Virus record (IMG/VR): IMGVR_UViG_3300021364_003460
Span: 64,001 to 128,000 of that record
Strand: one strand, 5' to 3'
Length of the DNA stretch: 64,000 nucleotides
DNA from: a virus
Every line of letters begins with the position of its first letter. Position 1 is the first letter of the stretch. Below are positions 19,009-28,807 of this stretch, piece after piece. The translations under genes and the position numbers were made by a program. Under the pieces are notes generated by a model. The model searched no databases and was not told the DNA's origin. It saw only the letters and a program-made list of their open reading frames with translations.

Positions 19009-19178
19009 ATGCAGAAAAGTTAGCTGAGAAGTTGGCTAATGAAAACAGACCTAGATTCTTTAGAGATTACTTAACTCAAGGAGAAGGAGGTCCAGTTGAT
19101 GTTATTAAAAATGTTATATCTAAAAACTTACATAGTCAGTTAGGTAATTTAGGTATATTTGGTAATAGTGGTACAGGT
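19005..19178 (+). CDS. dnaX: clamp loader gamma/tau subunit, exon 1
   Basis: LANENRPRFFRDY (cf. LARKYRP..F.D) and first part of Walker A GNSGTG. Confidence 0.85.
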
Positions 19179-20513
19179 AGATTAAACAGTTACCTACAAA
19201 ATTAAGTAACTAATATAGTCTCATAATAATTACTCAATAAATAGTAATTATTATGAATAGAAAAGTAAATATTGAAGAACTATTAGGTTTGTGGAATAAA
19301 GGACTTACTAGAGAACAAATTGCTAAAATTTTAAAAGTACATGTAGCTACAGTAAGTAAACATTTAAATTCTAAATTAGATTATATAGAGAGAAGACATT
19401 CTAAAGATAAACTTATTCATCTAGATATGAATAAAGTTAAAGAGTTAAGAGAAAAAGGTTACACAAGTAAAGAAATAGAAACAGAACTAAATATTTCTGA
19501 TAGTTGTTTGTATTTAGCAGGGATGTCAAAATTTCCTTTTAAAAGAAAAGGAATACACACTTACTCAAAAGATTTAGAATTCTTTAATAAAATAGACTCT
19601 TCTGAAAAAGCATATATAATTGGATTTTTACTTACTGATGGTTCAATAAATAAAAGAGGAAATATATCAATAGAAATTAAATCAGAAGATGATTATATTC
19701 TACAAAGTATAAGAGATTTAATCTGCCCTAATAAACCTATACCTAAATCTATCAGAACAAGAACAAGAGGAAAATACACTTGGACTTCTGAAACAAGTAG
19801 ATTAAATATAAAATCTGTAGAGTATATTCAACCCCTATCTAATTTTGGTATTGTACCTAATAAAACTTACAAAGACATACAATTACCAAAATTAGATGAA
19901 AAATATATGCCTGATTTAATAAGAGGTATATTTGATGGAGATGGTTCTATCTGGTCAAATAAAACAAGAAATAGAGGGCATGCTGTTAACTTTACAGGCA
20001 ATTATGTTTTACTAAAAGATATTTTTGATTACTTAAAATCTAACAATATTATAAAAGCCAATACTTCTGTAAAGAAAAAACCTCATCAGGCTGATTCCTA
20101 TTTTGTTTTCTCTTCAAAGAAAGATGTAATTAACTTTGGTAAATATATTTATTCCACAAATTGTTCTTTATATCTAAAAAGAAAATACTTAAAATTTGTA
20201 GATGCAGGTTTGCCTGTTAACTCCATGAATTGCTGGGATAACTTGAAGGCTAGTTAACTACAACATAATCTGTAAAGGTAAGTGTGAATGTTTGAAAATA
20301 ACTAGTTATAAGTCAATCAGCAGCCAAGCTGCCAAGGAATTGGTAGAAGGTTCAACGCATAGTACAAGGAGTCCCAACACTTAATATGTAAGTAGTGGAT
20401 GGTAAAGTACCAAGAGTGTGGAGATTTACTTTAAAAAGTAAATAAGATATATGCTGAACTACTAGGTGACTAGTAGAACTAAAAGATAAAAAGCTTTTAG
20501 GATAACATAATTG
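19179..20513 (+). mobile_element. group I intron in the Walker A of dnaX, endonuclease ORF in the P1 loop
   Basis: exon end ACAGGU pairs with IGS GCCUGU (20212-17) via U.G; P3 CUCCAU/GUGGAG; P4 UGCUGG/UCAGCA; P7 GCAUA (20357-61)/UAUGC (20450-54); P8 and P9 hairpins; omega-G 20513; splicing restores GNSGTG|KS. Confidence 0.9.
19253..20257 (+). CDS. intron-encoded LAGLIDADG homing endonuclease with HTH repeats
   Basis: AYIIGFLLTDG and LIRGIFDGDG motifs. Confidence 0.92.
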   Translation: MNRKVNIEELLGLWNKGLTREQIAKILKVHVATVSKHLNSKLDYIERRHSKDKLIHLDMNKVKELREKGYTSKEIETELNISDSCLYLAGMSKFPFKRKGIHTYSKDLEFFNKIDSSEKAYIIGFLLTDGSINKRGNISIEIKSEDDYILQSIRDLICPNKPIPKSIRTRTRGKYTWTSETSRLNIKSVEYIQPLSNFGIVPNKTYKDIQLPKLDEKYMPDLIRGIFDGDGSIWSNKTRNRGHAVNFTGNYVLLKDIFDYLKSNNIIKANTSVKKKPHQADSYFVFSSKKDVINFGKYIYSTNCSLYLKRKYLKFVDAGLPVNSMNCWDNLKAS

Positions 20514-21584
20514 AAATCCGCTTTAGCTAAGTTATATGCTACATCTACACTCTGTTATAACAGACCTGAAGGAGAGTACGAACCCTGTGGAGAATGTCCA
20601 GTTTGCTTAGGTGAAGATGTCAGCAATATTTCTCACTATACTATTCACAATACTACTTCAGCTTGGGAACCTATTAGAGATTTAGTATTAAAGAGTAAGA
20701 CTGCTCCTGAAGTTAATAGAGAAGGTGTTAGAGCAGACCAATATAGAAGGTTTATTATTCTAGATGAGATACAAAATGCTAGTCCTGAACTGTTAGCTCT
20801 TCTGTATGATGCCTTAGAGTATGCTCCTTCTACTACAACTTGGATAATTATATCTATGGATTTAGATAAGTTAGTTTCCAAGAATGCTGCTACTGCTGAA
20901 GCTATTACAGGTAGGTGTGCTGAATTACATTTACCTAGCTTTGCTGACTCTACTATTGCTACTGCTATAGCTAACAAAACAGACTTGAATTATGAAGCTG
21001 CTTTAGCCATAGCTAAGTTGAGTAAAGGTAACATGAGAAAAGCCTGGACTAACTTAGCTCAATTTAAAACTTTAGTAGAAGAAGAGAGTGAGATAACAGA
21101 AGATTTAGTTCTTTATTCTAGAAGTGGTGGGGCTACTAAAGAAAACAGATTAGCTATGTGGAAAGCATTAGCTAATGGAGATGGTAAAACAGTAAAAAGA
21201 CTTATAGATGACTGGACTGAGAAAGCTGCTGACATTAAATTAGTTGGTAGCTTACTACAAATGGATATTATAGAAAACTTAAATTCTCCATCTAAAGAAA
21301 TACAGTCTTTGTTAGCTGCATTAGGTAGATGGTATACTGGATTTAACTATCCTCTAGTTACTGTTTTTATGAGTCATCTTGGTACTAAAGTTATCCAGTT
21401 TCCTAATGCTGAAGAAAGAGAGTTGAGAAAGCAAGTTAGAGAACAAAAAGTAGAAGCTGTAGTAAATGTAGCTGATGTAGTATCACAGCAGTTGATAAAA
21501 GGTCAAGCTAACACATTTAAGTTACCTCCACTGTTAATAGCTACAGATTATAAAGAGTTAATGCTGCATTATGACAGAAACTAA
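20514..21584 (+). CDS. dnaX: clamp loader gamma/tau subunit, exon 2
   Basis: KSALAK, Zn module C...EPCGECPVC, Walker B ILDEIQN, I.GRC arginine finger, GNMRKA. Confidence 0.9.
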   Translation, partial: KSALAKLYATSTLCYNRPEGEYEPCGECPVCLGEDVSNISHYTIHNTTSAWEPIRDLVLKSKTAPEVNREGVRADQYRRFIILDEIQNASPELLALLYDALEYAPSTTTWIIISMDLDKLVSKNAATAEAITGRCAELHLPSFADSTIATAIANKTDLNYEAALAIAKLSKGNMRKAWTNLAQFKTLVEEESEITEDLVLYSRSGGATKENRLAMWKALANGDGKTVKRLIDDWTEKAADIKLVGSLLQMDIIENLNSPSKEIQSLLAALGRWYTGFNYPLVTVFMSHLGTKVIQFPNAEERELRKQVREQKVEAVVNVADVVSQQLIKGQANTFKLPPLLIATDYKELMLHYDRN

Positions 21585-21846
21585 AGTAAATAGAGTAATA
21601 AGAATCTTTGATAAGTTCTCTGACTCTTTAGTAGAAGAAATTTATATAAATGTAGAAAATAAATCAAAAGAGTTAGAAATTCTACAAATTCTATTTGGAG
21701 TAGAAAAAGATAATCTCATGTATGATTGCTATCCTATTACTACAGAAGAACAGTTTAGGTTTCTAGCTTTAAATTTTGATGTACCTTTAGATACTTTTGA
21801 TGATGACACTAAAGAGTATTTTCTAGAAGCAGATGCAGTTAATTAA
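21571..21846 (+). CDS. hypothetical protein
   Basis: 91-aa ORF. Confidence 0.6.
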   Translation: MTETKVNRVIRIFDKFSDSLVEEIYINVENKSKELEILQILFGVEKDNLMYDCYPITTEEQFRFLALNFDVPLDTFDDDTKEYFLEADAVN

Positions 21847-22030
21847 GTTTAAAGAACTTCCAGTACCAACTTACTTTACTTATGAAAACATTCATTACCA
21901 AAAGATGACTAAAACTAAAGTAAGAGAGTTTGGTACTACTACAAAAAGGGTAATTAGAAGTGATCCTAAAGTTACTTATTGAAGACAAGACATTAATGAA
22001 ATGTTAATAGGAATTAATGAAAGTAACTGA
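21833..22030 (+). pseudogene. small protein gene with in-frame TGA
   Basis: MQLIKFKELPVPTYFTY...DPKVTY*RQDINEMLIGINESN*; TGA at 21980-21982. Confidence 0.5.
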
Positions 22031-22844
22031 TGCTCCTCTTTCTCTAGTCTCCTATCATATACAGCAAAAGGAAAAGATAATTCCCAACCTGTACAGACCT
22101 GAGACAGAGAAGGAGTTATTAAGTGTACTAAGGTTGGGGACTCCTTATGAACCAACCTTTAGTTTGATAGAGTACAAAGATAAACCACCTGCCAACTTAC
22201 AGGTAAGTGCATTTAATACAGTTTATCTTTGTACTAAAGAAGTAGATAGCTGGAGAGAACTTAATAAGAGTTGGATAGAAATACTAAAGTTATATCCAGA
22301 ACTTTATAAAGAAAACTTAAATAGATTTAAGAAACTATTTGACTTTGAAGCGCAAGATTACTTATGGGAAACCTACAAGAACTATCCCAAGAAGTTAACT
22401 TCAGAAGTAATTAAAATAGTATTAACACACCCTAAAAGAAAGCAGACTATAGAAGACTTAGGTGTAAAGAACCAAAAAGAAGTAAATGTCTTTTTAGATA
22501 TCTGTCTAAACTTAGGAAATGTAGAATACTCTAAAACTATATTTGAGTTATCAGAAAGTTCTCTCAAATTGCTATTTATTGGTAGTGATAAAAAACCTCC
22601 TTATATTTATTACTTTCTAGTAGGTAGTAAAAGGAAAACAGGTAATAACCCAGAGTTATGGCAAGCTGTACAGATATTACAGGAAGCAGTTAATAGTAAA
22701 TACATTCCTATAAATATAGGTGCAGTATTGTTTAACCAATGGGTTAGTAGTGTAACAAAGATACAACTTAATTATAAGAAGTATCAATATCAGTTTGATT
22801 GTAATAATTTAATTGAATTAGAAAGTTTACTTAAAGGATTTTAA
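22017..22844 (+). CDS. possible clamp loader delta (HolA)-like subunit
   Basis: EAQDYLW...KKLTSEVIKI...TIEDL...NVFLDI resembles the HolA lid/collar; adjacent to dnaX. Confidence 0.35.
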   Translation: MKVTDAPLSLVSYHIQQKEKIIPNLYRPETEKELLSVLRLGTPYEPTFSLIEYKDKPPANLQVSAFNTVYLCTKEVDSWRELNKSWIEILKLYPELYKENLNRFKKLFDFEAQDYLWETYKNYPKKLTSEVIKIVLTHPKRKQTIEDLGVKNQKEVNVFLDICLNLGNVEYSKTIFELSESSLKLLFIGSDKKPPYIYYFLVGSKRKTGNNPELWQAVQILQEAVNSKYIPINIGAVLFNQWVSSVTKIQLNYKKYQYQFDCNNLIELESLLKGF

Positions 22845-22858
22845 AAAGGAAATTAATT

Positions 22859-24025
22859 ATGTCAGATTTAGCATTAGTCAACAATGACGCTATTTTAGAT
22901 GAATTAGCTTTGTTATATGGAGTAGAAACAGAAGAACCAGAAAGACATCAAGGTAATAGAATTGTTTATACAAATAAAACTAAAGTAGATGGAATTAGAG
23001 TAGTTAAAGGTAAATCTTGGCAAGAAGGAGACACTTTTAAATGGAATGTTCCCAACTCAGAAGAAATAGAAGACTTTGAAGATGAATTACCTGCTGTACA
23101 TGAAATTGAAGGGTTTATTGTACATAGTGAAATTCAACCTAAACTAGATATAGAAAATGAAGATAACTCAGAAAGAGCTACTAAAACTATTTGTTCTGTA
23201 GTTGGCTATAAAAAAGGAGATAACTATGTTAAAGAATTACCTTCTACTATTAATTTAGGTTACAGAAATGGTTCTGTTTATGGAAGTATGTATGGTGGCT
23301 GGATTAAAACAAGTGAAAAGAGTCATCCAGATCATCTTAAACCTAATGCTGACTTAGAACAATATGGATTCTTAGGAAGTAGAGGTAAATCCTGTTTAGA
23401 TTGCATTAAATGTGGTGAATCTACCTACACTAATAATAAGGGTAAAACTTTTGAGTGTACTCCAGATGCAAGAATCTTTGTCTACGTAACTCACTTTATT
23501 AGAAATAAAAAAAATGAGCAAGTGAGAGTTTCAGTTAAAGACCTCTTAGGTGAAGATGGGGTTATTTTGATGTTTAGCCTATCTCATAAATTAGGTATGG
23601 TGGGTAATTACAACAAAGATAATCCTGAGTTAAACAGAGACTCCTACTTAAGATTCTTATCTAATTTACATAGAGCATTCTGGAGCAAAAAAGCTACTTA
23701 TGCTGAGATTGATCCTAGAGTAAATCACCAAATTAGAATTTCTATCAAACCTCCACTACCTAAAACAAAGAACACTAAAAACTATTTACATTTTACTGAA
23801 ATATTTCCTTGTGACAAAGGAGCTTTAGTGCAGGCAGCTAAGTATTGGAGAACATTATTACCCCCTAAAGAAACAGAAATCTTAGATCCCTCTAACTGGG
23901 TTATTAATGGAGTAGGAGGTACTACAGTCTACTCTTCTGCTAAAGTAGATGACTCTGTAGATTATGAAGTCTATCCTGCTTTACCTGAATCAGAAGATGA
24001 GCCCGATTCAGGTATCCCATTCTAA
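22859..24025 (+). CDS. putative ssDNA-binding/annealing protein with Zn module and SSB-like acidic tail
   Basis: CLDCIKC...C; C-terminus ESEDEPDSGIPF. Confidence 0.5.
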   Translation: MSDLALVNNDAILDELALLYGVETEEPERHQGNRIVYTNKTKVDGIRVVKGKSWQEGDTFKWNVPNSEEIEDFEDELPAVHEIEGFIVHSEIQPKLDIENEDNSERATKTICSVVGYKKGDNYVKELPSTINLGYRNGSVYGSMYGGWIKTSEKSHPDHLKPNADLEQYGFLGSRGKSCLDCIKCGESTYTNNKGKTFECTPDARIFVYVTHFIRNKKNEQVRVSVKDLLGEDGVILMFSLSHKLGMVGNYNKDNPELNRDSYLRFLSNLHRAFWSKKATYAEIDPRVNHQIRISIKPPLPKTKNTKNYLHFTEIFPCDKGALVQAAKYWRTLLPPKETEILDPSNWVINGVGGTTVYSSAKVDDSVDYEVYPALPESEDEPDSGIPF

Positions 24026-24047
24026 ATTAGTCTAGTTTACTAATAGT

Positions 24048-24074
24048 ACACTTAGGTGAACTTCACCTAAGTGT
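24048..24074. repeat. perfect 13-bp inverted repeat with 1-nt spacer
   Basis: ACACTTAGGTGAA-C-TTCACCTAAGTGT. Confidence 0.9.
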
Positions 24075-24098
24075 CTTTAACATTTACAACTGAATAAG

Positions 24099-25565
24099 AT
24101 GACTAAAGTAAATATAAGATTTAATGCAGCTATCTGTAAGATAGAAGGTTTAAATAGGGATATTGTAGAAGCTATTAAATATAGATTTAGAGTTGAACTA
24201 ACTGAAGAAAGATATCAAGATTACAAAACTAAAACTAGACTACCTTTAACTAAAGAAAGTGCTAACTATTATTTAGTAGAAGAGTTTGATAAGTATATTC
24301 AGATTCCTACAGGTTTACTTTTAAAGTTAGTTAACTATCTGAAAACTATTAAAGTTGAATATAATTTACATAAACAAATTCAACCTGCTGGTTTAGATAG
24401 AAAACCTTATATATCTCTTAGAGAGGAGCAACAGTTAGCTGTAGATAAGTTTATTGCTAACAAGAGAGGTATTATTAAGGCTCCTACCTCATGGGGAAAA
24501 TCGAGAACAATAGCTGAATTATGTAGACAATTTAGTAATCAAACTAAAATACTTATTTTAGTACCTACAGTTCTTTTGCTTTATCAGATGCAGCAGGATA
24601 TAGTTGACTATATTGGTATGAGTAAAGAAGATATAGGTCTAATTGGAGATGGTAATTACATTACTAGAAATCTTATTACTGTAGCTATACCTGATACTTT
24701 AGCTAGTAAAATACAAAACTTAGACTCTGAAGTAATTAGTTATTTACATTCAGTAAATGTAGTAATAAATGATGAACAGCATACTCATTTAACTCCTACT
24801 ACTTTTGCTATCAGTGATTTTTTAGTAAATACAGAATACAGATTTGGATTATCAGCTACTCCTACTTTAGATAATTTTAGTGAAGCATTAATAGGAACTA
24901 AACTTCATGAGTTCTCTGTAAAAGAAAGTATGAAAAGTAATACTATTGAGACTCCTGAAATTATATTTCATAAGATTACAAAGAAGGTAGATATCACTCC
25001 TAAATTAGCTAACTTTAAGTTTGAACAATTTACCCCTAAAGAAATGAAAATATATAACAATCTTTATGATAAAATAATTTGTTCTAACTCATATAGAAAT
25101 CAGTTAGCAGCTTCAATAGTAGAACAAGAATTAGAAGAAGATAGGATCATATTAGTTTTAGTTAAGAAAGTAGCTACTTCTGGAGGAACAGTTAACCATG
25201 CTGAGATTATGCAAACTTATTTAGCTGCATTAGGAATTAACTTTGAGATTGTGCATGGTAAATCTAAAAACAAACAGGAGCTACTAGATAAGTTAGCTAA
25301 TGAAGAGATTAAAGGTTTAATAGCCTCTGTAGGTATTCTGTCTGAAGGAGTATCTATTAACTCTATATCTAGTTTAGTAAATCTTAGTGCTGGCTCTAAT
25401 GAAAAAGACTTTATACAAAGAGCTGGTAGAACATTAAGAAAAGGAAGACTGCAACCTAGAATACATGACTTTGTAGACTGTCAATATCCTTTTAATAATC
25501 AATCTAAAACTAGATTAGAGATTGCTAAGAAAGAGTATGGTTCAGAAAATGTAATAGTAATTTAA
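24099..25565 (+). CDS. SF2 helicase (UvsW-like)
   Basis: APTSWGKS, INDEQH, GLSATP, ILSEGVSI, QRAGRTLR. Confidence 0.88.
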   Translation: MTKVNIRFNAAICKIEGLNRDIVEAIKYRFRVELTEERYQDYKTKTRLPLTKESANYYLVEEFDKYIQIPTGLLLKLVNYLKTIKVEYNLHKQIQPAGLDRKPYISLREEQQLAVDKFIANKRGIIKAPTSWGKSRTIAELCRQFSNQTKILILVPTVLLLYQMQQDIVDYIGMSKEDIGLIGDGNYITRNLITVAIPDTLASKIQNLDSEVISYLHSVNVVINDEQHTHLTPTTFAISDFLVNTEYRFGLSATPTLDNFSEALIGTKLHEFSVKESMKSNTIETPEIIFHKITKKVDITPKLANFKFEQFTPKEMKIYNNLYDKIICSNSYRNQLAASIVEQELEEDRIILVLVKKVATSGGTVNHAEIMQTYLAALGINFEIVHGKSKNKQELLDKLANEEIKGLIASVGILSEGVSINSISSLVNLSAGSNEKDFIQRAGRTLRKGRLQPRIHDFVDCQYPFNNQSKTRLEIAKKEYGSENVIVI

Positions 25566-25590
25566 TAACTAAATATAAGGAGATTTAAGT

Positions 25591-26871
25591 GTGACTACTG
25601 AATTAGAGTCTATTTCAGGCTGCCCTGGTTCTGGAAAAAGCTTTCTACTTAAACAAAAACCTAATACTTTACTTACTTCAACTACAGGTATCACTGCTCT
25701 TAATTTAGGAGATAGTAATAGAACTATTAACTCTACATTAGGGTTCTTTAATAGAAAAGAGTTAGCTGCAAAGTCTAGCTTAGGAGAAGTGTTTCCTAGA
25801 TTGTTAAAAATTAGTAGTTTATATAAGTATATTGCTATAGATGAAATAAGTATGCAGTCAGGAGAAGTAACTGACTTAATTGTTAAAGAGATAGCTAACC
25901 ATAATAAAATAGTATCTGAGTCAAAAAAATATTCTAAAAAACATAATTTATTAGGTTTAATTTTAGCTGGGGATGCAGGGCAACTCCCTTATGTAGCAGA
26001 CAAAGATGATATTAGAAATGGTATATCTAATAAACCTTATTTTAAAGCAGCTACTTATAAATTCTTTAAACAGACAAATTTAACTGAAATAAAGAGACAG
26101 AATGATAAACAGTTTATTGAAGCTCTTAATTATCTCAGATATGGTAAAGCTAAAGAAGTGGTAGACTGGTTTATAGATAAAGTAGAGTTTAGTAATACTA
26201 TAGATGACAATTGGGAAGGATCTACTTTTTTTGCTATTAATAAAGAAGTAGATGAGTATAATTATGAAAGGTTAGAAAAGTTAAATACTCCTGAGAAAAC
26301 TTACTATGCAGAATACTCAGGTATACCTAATAAAGATTGGGATAGAAACATACCTAATTCTATTACAGTAAAACCAGGTATGAAAGTAATGATTCTAGTT
26401 AACAACTTTGAGGAAATGTATGCTAATGGAGATTTAGGTATTCTAATAGATTGCTTTCCTCAAGGAGTATTAGTTGAGTTAGCTAGAGATAAAAGACAAG
26501 TTTTAGTAAACTACAGAACAGTCTATAATACATCTATCTCTATTAGTAAAAAGACTGGATTGCCTTATGAAAAAAGAATAGGTAGTTGTAATTATCTTCC
26601 TATTAGACAAGGAGACAGTTCAAGTTTTCATAAAGCACAAGGACTTACTTTAGATAAAGTCCAACTATCTATAACTGGCAAAGGTGGAGACTTTTTAAAA
26701 AGACTTAGTGGGGGGCTCTATACAGGCATTACTAGAGTAACTGACTATAAAGGTCTTAGAATAGTAGGTACTAAAGATGACTTTATTAGAGCTTGTTATA
26801 TTAATCCTCTATATCTAGACTACCTACTCAAATTAGACTCACTAAATCAACCTCAACTTATGGCAGCCTAA
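25591..26871 (+). CDS. SF1B helicase (Pif1/RecD-like)
   Basis: GCPGSGKS, STTGITA, IDEISM, GDAGQLP, RQND, HKAQGLTLD. Confidence 0.9.
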   Translation: MTTELESISGCPGSGKSFLLKQKPNTLLTSTTGITALNLGDSNRTINSTLGFFNRKELAAKSSLGEVFPRLLKISSLYKYIAIDEISMQSGEVTDLIVKEIANHNKIVSESKKYSKKHNLLGLILAGDAGQLPYVADKDDIRNGISNKPYFKAATYKFFKQTNLTEIKRQNDKQFIEALNYLRYGKAKEVVDWFIDKVEFSNTIDDNWEGSTFFAINKEVDEYNYERLEKLNTPEKTYYAEYSGIPNKDWDRNIPNSITVKPGMKVMILVNNFEEMYANGDLGILIDCFPQGVLVELARDKRQVLVNYRTVYNTSISISKKTGLPYEKRIGSCNYLPIRQGDSSSFHKAQGLTLDKVQLSITGKGGDFLKRLSGGLYTGITRVTDYKGLRIVGTKDDFIRACYINPLYLDYLLKLDSLNQPQLMAA

Positions 26872-26900
26872 ATTACCTATAGTTTTAGAGTAATTGTTAT

Positions 26901-28178
26901 ATGTTATCCCCTCAAGAAAGAAAAGAAAGAATACTAAGTGAAATTAAGATTAGCCAAATAGTTAATGTAAAAGATTATGGGAGTTCTACTTGTCCTTGTT
27001 GTGGTAAGTCTAATAAATTTAGTATTCATAGTAATAGAGGTAAATGCTGGTCTAGCTACTGTGAGTTAAACAAATCATTAGATGTAATTAGTCTTTATCA
27101 ATGGAAGCATAACTTAGCTGATAGATGGGAAGCTACTAAAGCTATAGAACAAGAGTTTAATTTACCTGTAGGTAGTAATAAACCTAATGAGAGAAGTCAA
27201 TTATTAGAGCAATGTTTAATTATCTACCAAAAGTATTTATGGTCTAATCAGCAAGCATTAGATTACTTAAGGAATAGAGGCTTTTTAGAAGAAACTATTA
27301 GAGAACTAGGTTTAGGTTATGCACCTGATTTTAGCTGCCTTACTAAACAGGGTATTAAAACTACTGACTTACAAAGAGAAGGATTATATAAAGAAGGTAA
27401 AGAATACTACTCTAAAAGAATCATCTTTCCTATTAGAAATAAATTTGGGCATTTAGTTCACTTTCAAGGCAGATATATATTGCCTATAGCTAAAGATGAT
27501 AAAGGTGAAGATACTATTCCTAAATATAAAGATAGTAGACCTGCTAACAATAAAACTACTAAAGACTTTCTCTATTTAGAAGAACATATAGAAAAATATC
27601 TTAAGTCTAGTAATATGTTATATGTAGCTGAAGGTTGTCCTGATACTATCTCTTTATGGCAGAAAGGATTACCTGTGGTTGGTTCACTAGGTTTAGAGAA
27701 ATTAACTAGTCACATTAATAAACTAAAGAAGTTTGATTACATAGTTTTTATGTTTGACAATGATACTTACCCTTCTCACCATCCTAAATATTCTTTAGAA
27801 TATAAAAGCTGGGTTAGAGTTATACCTCAACTAATAGACTTACAAATAGCTTTACCTACTACTAACTTTTATACTTGCTTAGTTCCTCATCATACTATCC
27901 ATAAACAAAATAAGTATGCTGTTGAGACTAAGGATATTAATGAGTGGTTAACAATAGGACAGCTAACTAAAGATGAAGTAGAAAAGTACATTAATTCTAA
28001 GAAAAAAGAGTTTGTTAGTTCTCTAGTTGAACAAGAAGGTAGTAACATTAGCTATCACTTTAACTTACTTAAACTTATTCAGGTTACTGGTAAACACTAT
28101 CTTAAAGAAGAGCTATTTAGATTCCTACCTCCAATGAAGTCTCCTATAGATTATGCTTGTGAAGTGTTGGCTGCTTAA
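26901..28178 (+). CDS. dnaG: DnaG-type primase
   Basis: Zn finger CPCC...KC...C, RIIFPI...F.GR, TOPRIM VAEGCPD and FDND. Confidence 0.88.
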   Translation: MLSPQERKERILSEIKISQIVNVKDYGSSTCPCCGKSNKFSIHSNRGKCWSSYCELNKSLDVISLYQWKHNLADRWEATKAIEQEFNLPVGSNKPNERSQLLEQCLIIYQKYLWSNQQALDYLRNRGFLEETIRELGLGYAPDFSCLTKQGIKTTDLQREGLYKEGKEYYSKRIIFPIRNKFGHLVHFQGRYILPIAKDDKGEDTIPKYKDSRPANNKTTKDFLYLEEHIEKYLKSSNMLYVAEGCPDTISLWQKGLPVVGSLGLEKLTSHINKLKKFDYIVFMFDNDTYPSHHPKYSLEYKSWVRVIPQLIDLQIALPTTNFYTCLVPHHTIHKQNKYAVETKDINEWLTIGQLTKDEVEKYINSKKKEFVSSLVEQEGSNISYHFNLLKLIQVTGKHYLKEELFRFLPPMKSPIDYACEVLAA

Positions 28179-28180
28179 TT

Positions 28181-28807
28181 ATGTTATATGCTTTCTCTTA
28201 CATATTAGATGAGATTAATGTAATACTTCCTTTTAATATAGTTGCTATTAAGATTCCTGAAGATAACAAAAAGGAAGTATACTCTTTAGTAAAAGATTTA
28301 GACTTAAAAAACATTAATTTTAGAACCTCTAAAAGTATACTTACTAAACTTAAAAAAGCTAATATCAAATATAGTTACTTTGAGTTAGGTAAATTTGAGG
28401 TAGAAAAATATGGACTTGAATCAGCTTACTACAGACAGATTAGATATTTTAGTAATTTAGATGACCTAACAGTAAGTAATCTAAATTCTAACCTGTCTAA
28501 CTTTCCTGAAGGTATTACCTACTTTAAAGAGTTTAGTAGTGTACCTGAATTAACAATAAGCTATCTTTACTCAAAGTACATTAGAGAATACTATTTAAAA
28601 AGAATAAATCTACAATATCCAGAACTTCAAATAATTAAACATAAAGGAAAGTTAACCAAACAACATAAGCGTATATTACTTAACTTAAATAATCTACCTA
28701 ACTTTTATAATGAAAGTTTTCTAATTAACTATTTCTTAAGTAAACAGATAGTACCTAAATGGGCTAACAACTATATTAAAACCAATTATGAGCAGCTTAT
28801 TAAATAA
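28181..28807 (+). CDS. hypothetical protein
   Basis: 208-aa ORF. Confidence 0.6.
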   Translation: MLYAFSYILDEINVILPFNIVAIKIPEDNKKEVYSLVKDLDLKNINFRTSKSILTKLKKANIKYSYFELGKFEVEKYGLESAYYRQIRYFSNLDDLTVSNLNSNLSNFPEGITYFKEFSSVPELTISYLYSKYIREYYLKRINLQYPELQIIKHKGKLTKQHKRILLNLNNLPNFYNESFLINYFLSKQIVPKWANNYIKTNYEQLIK

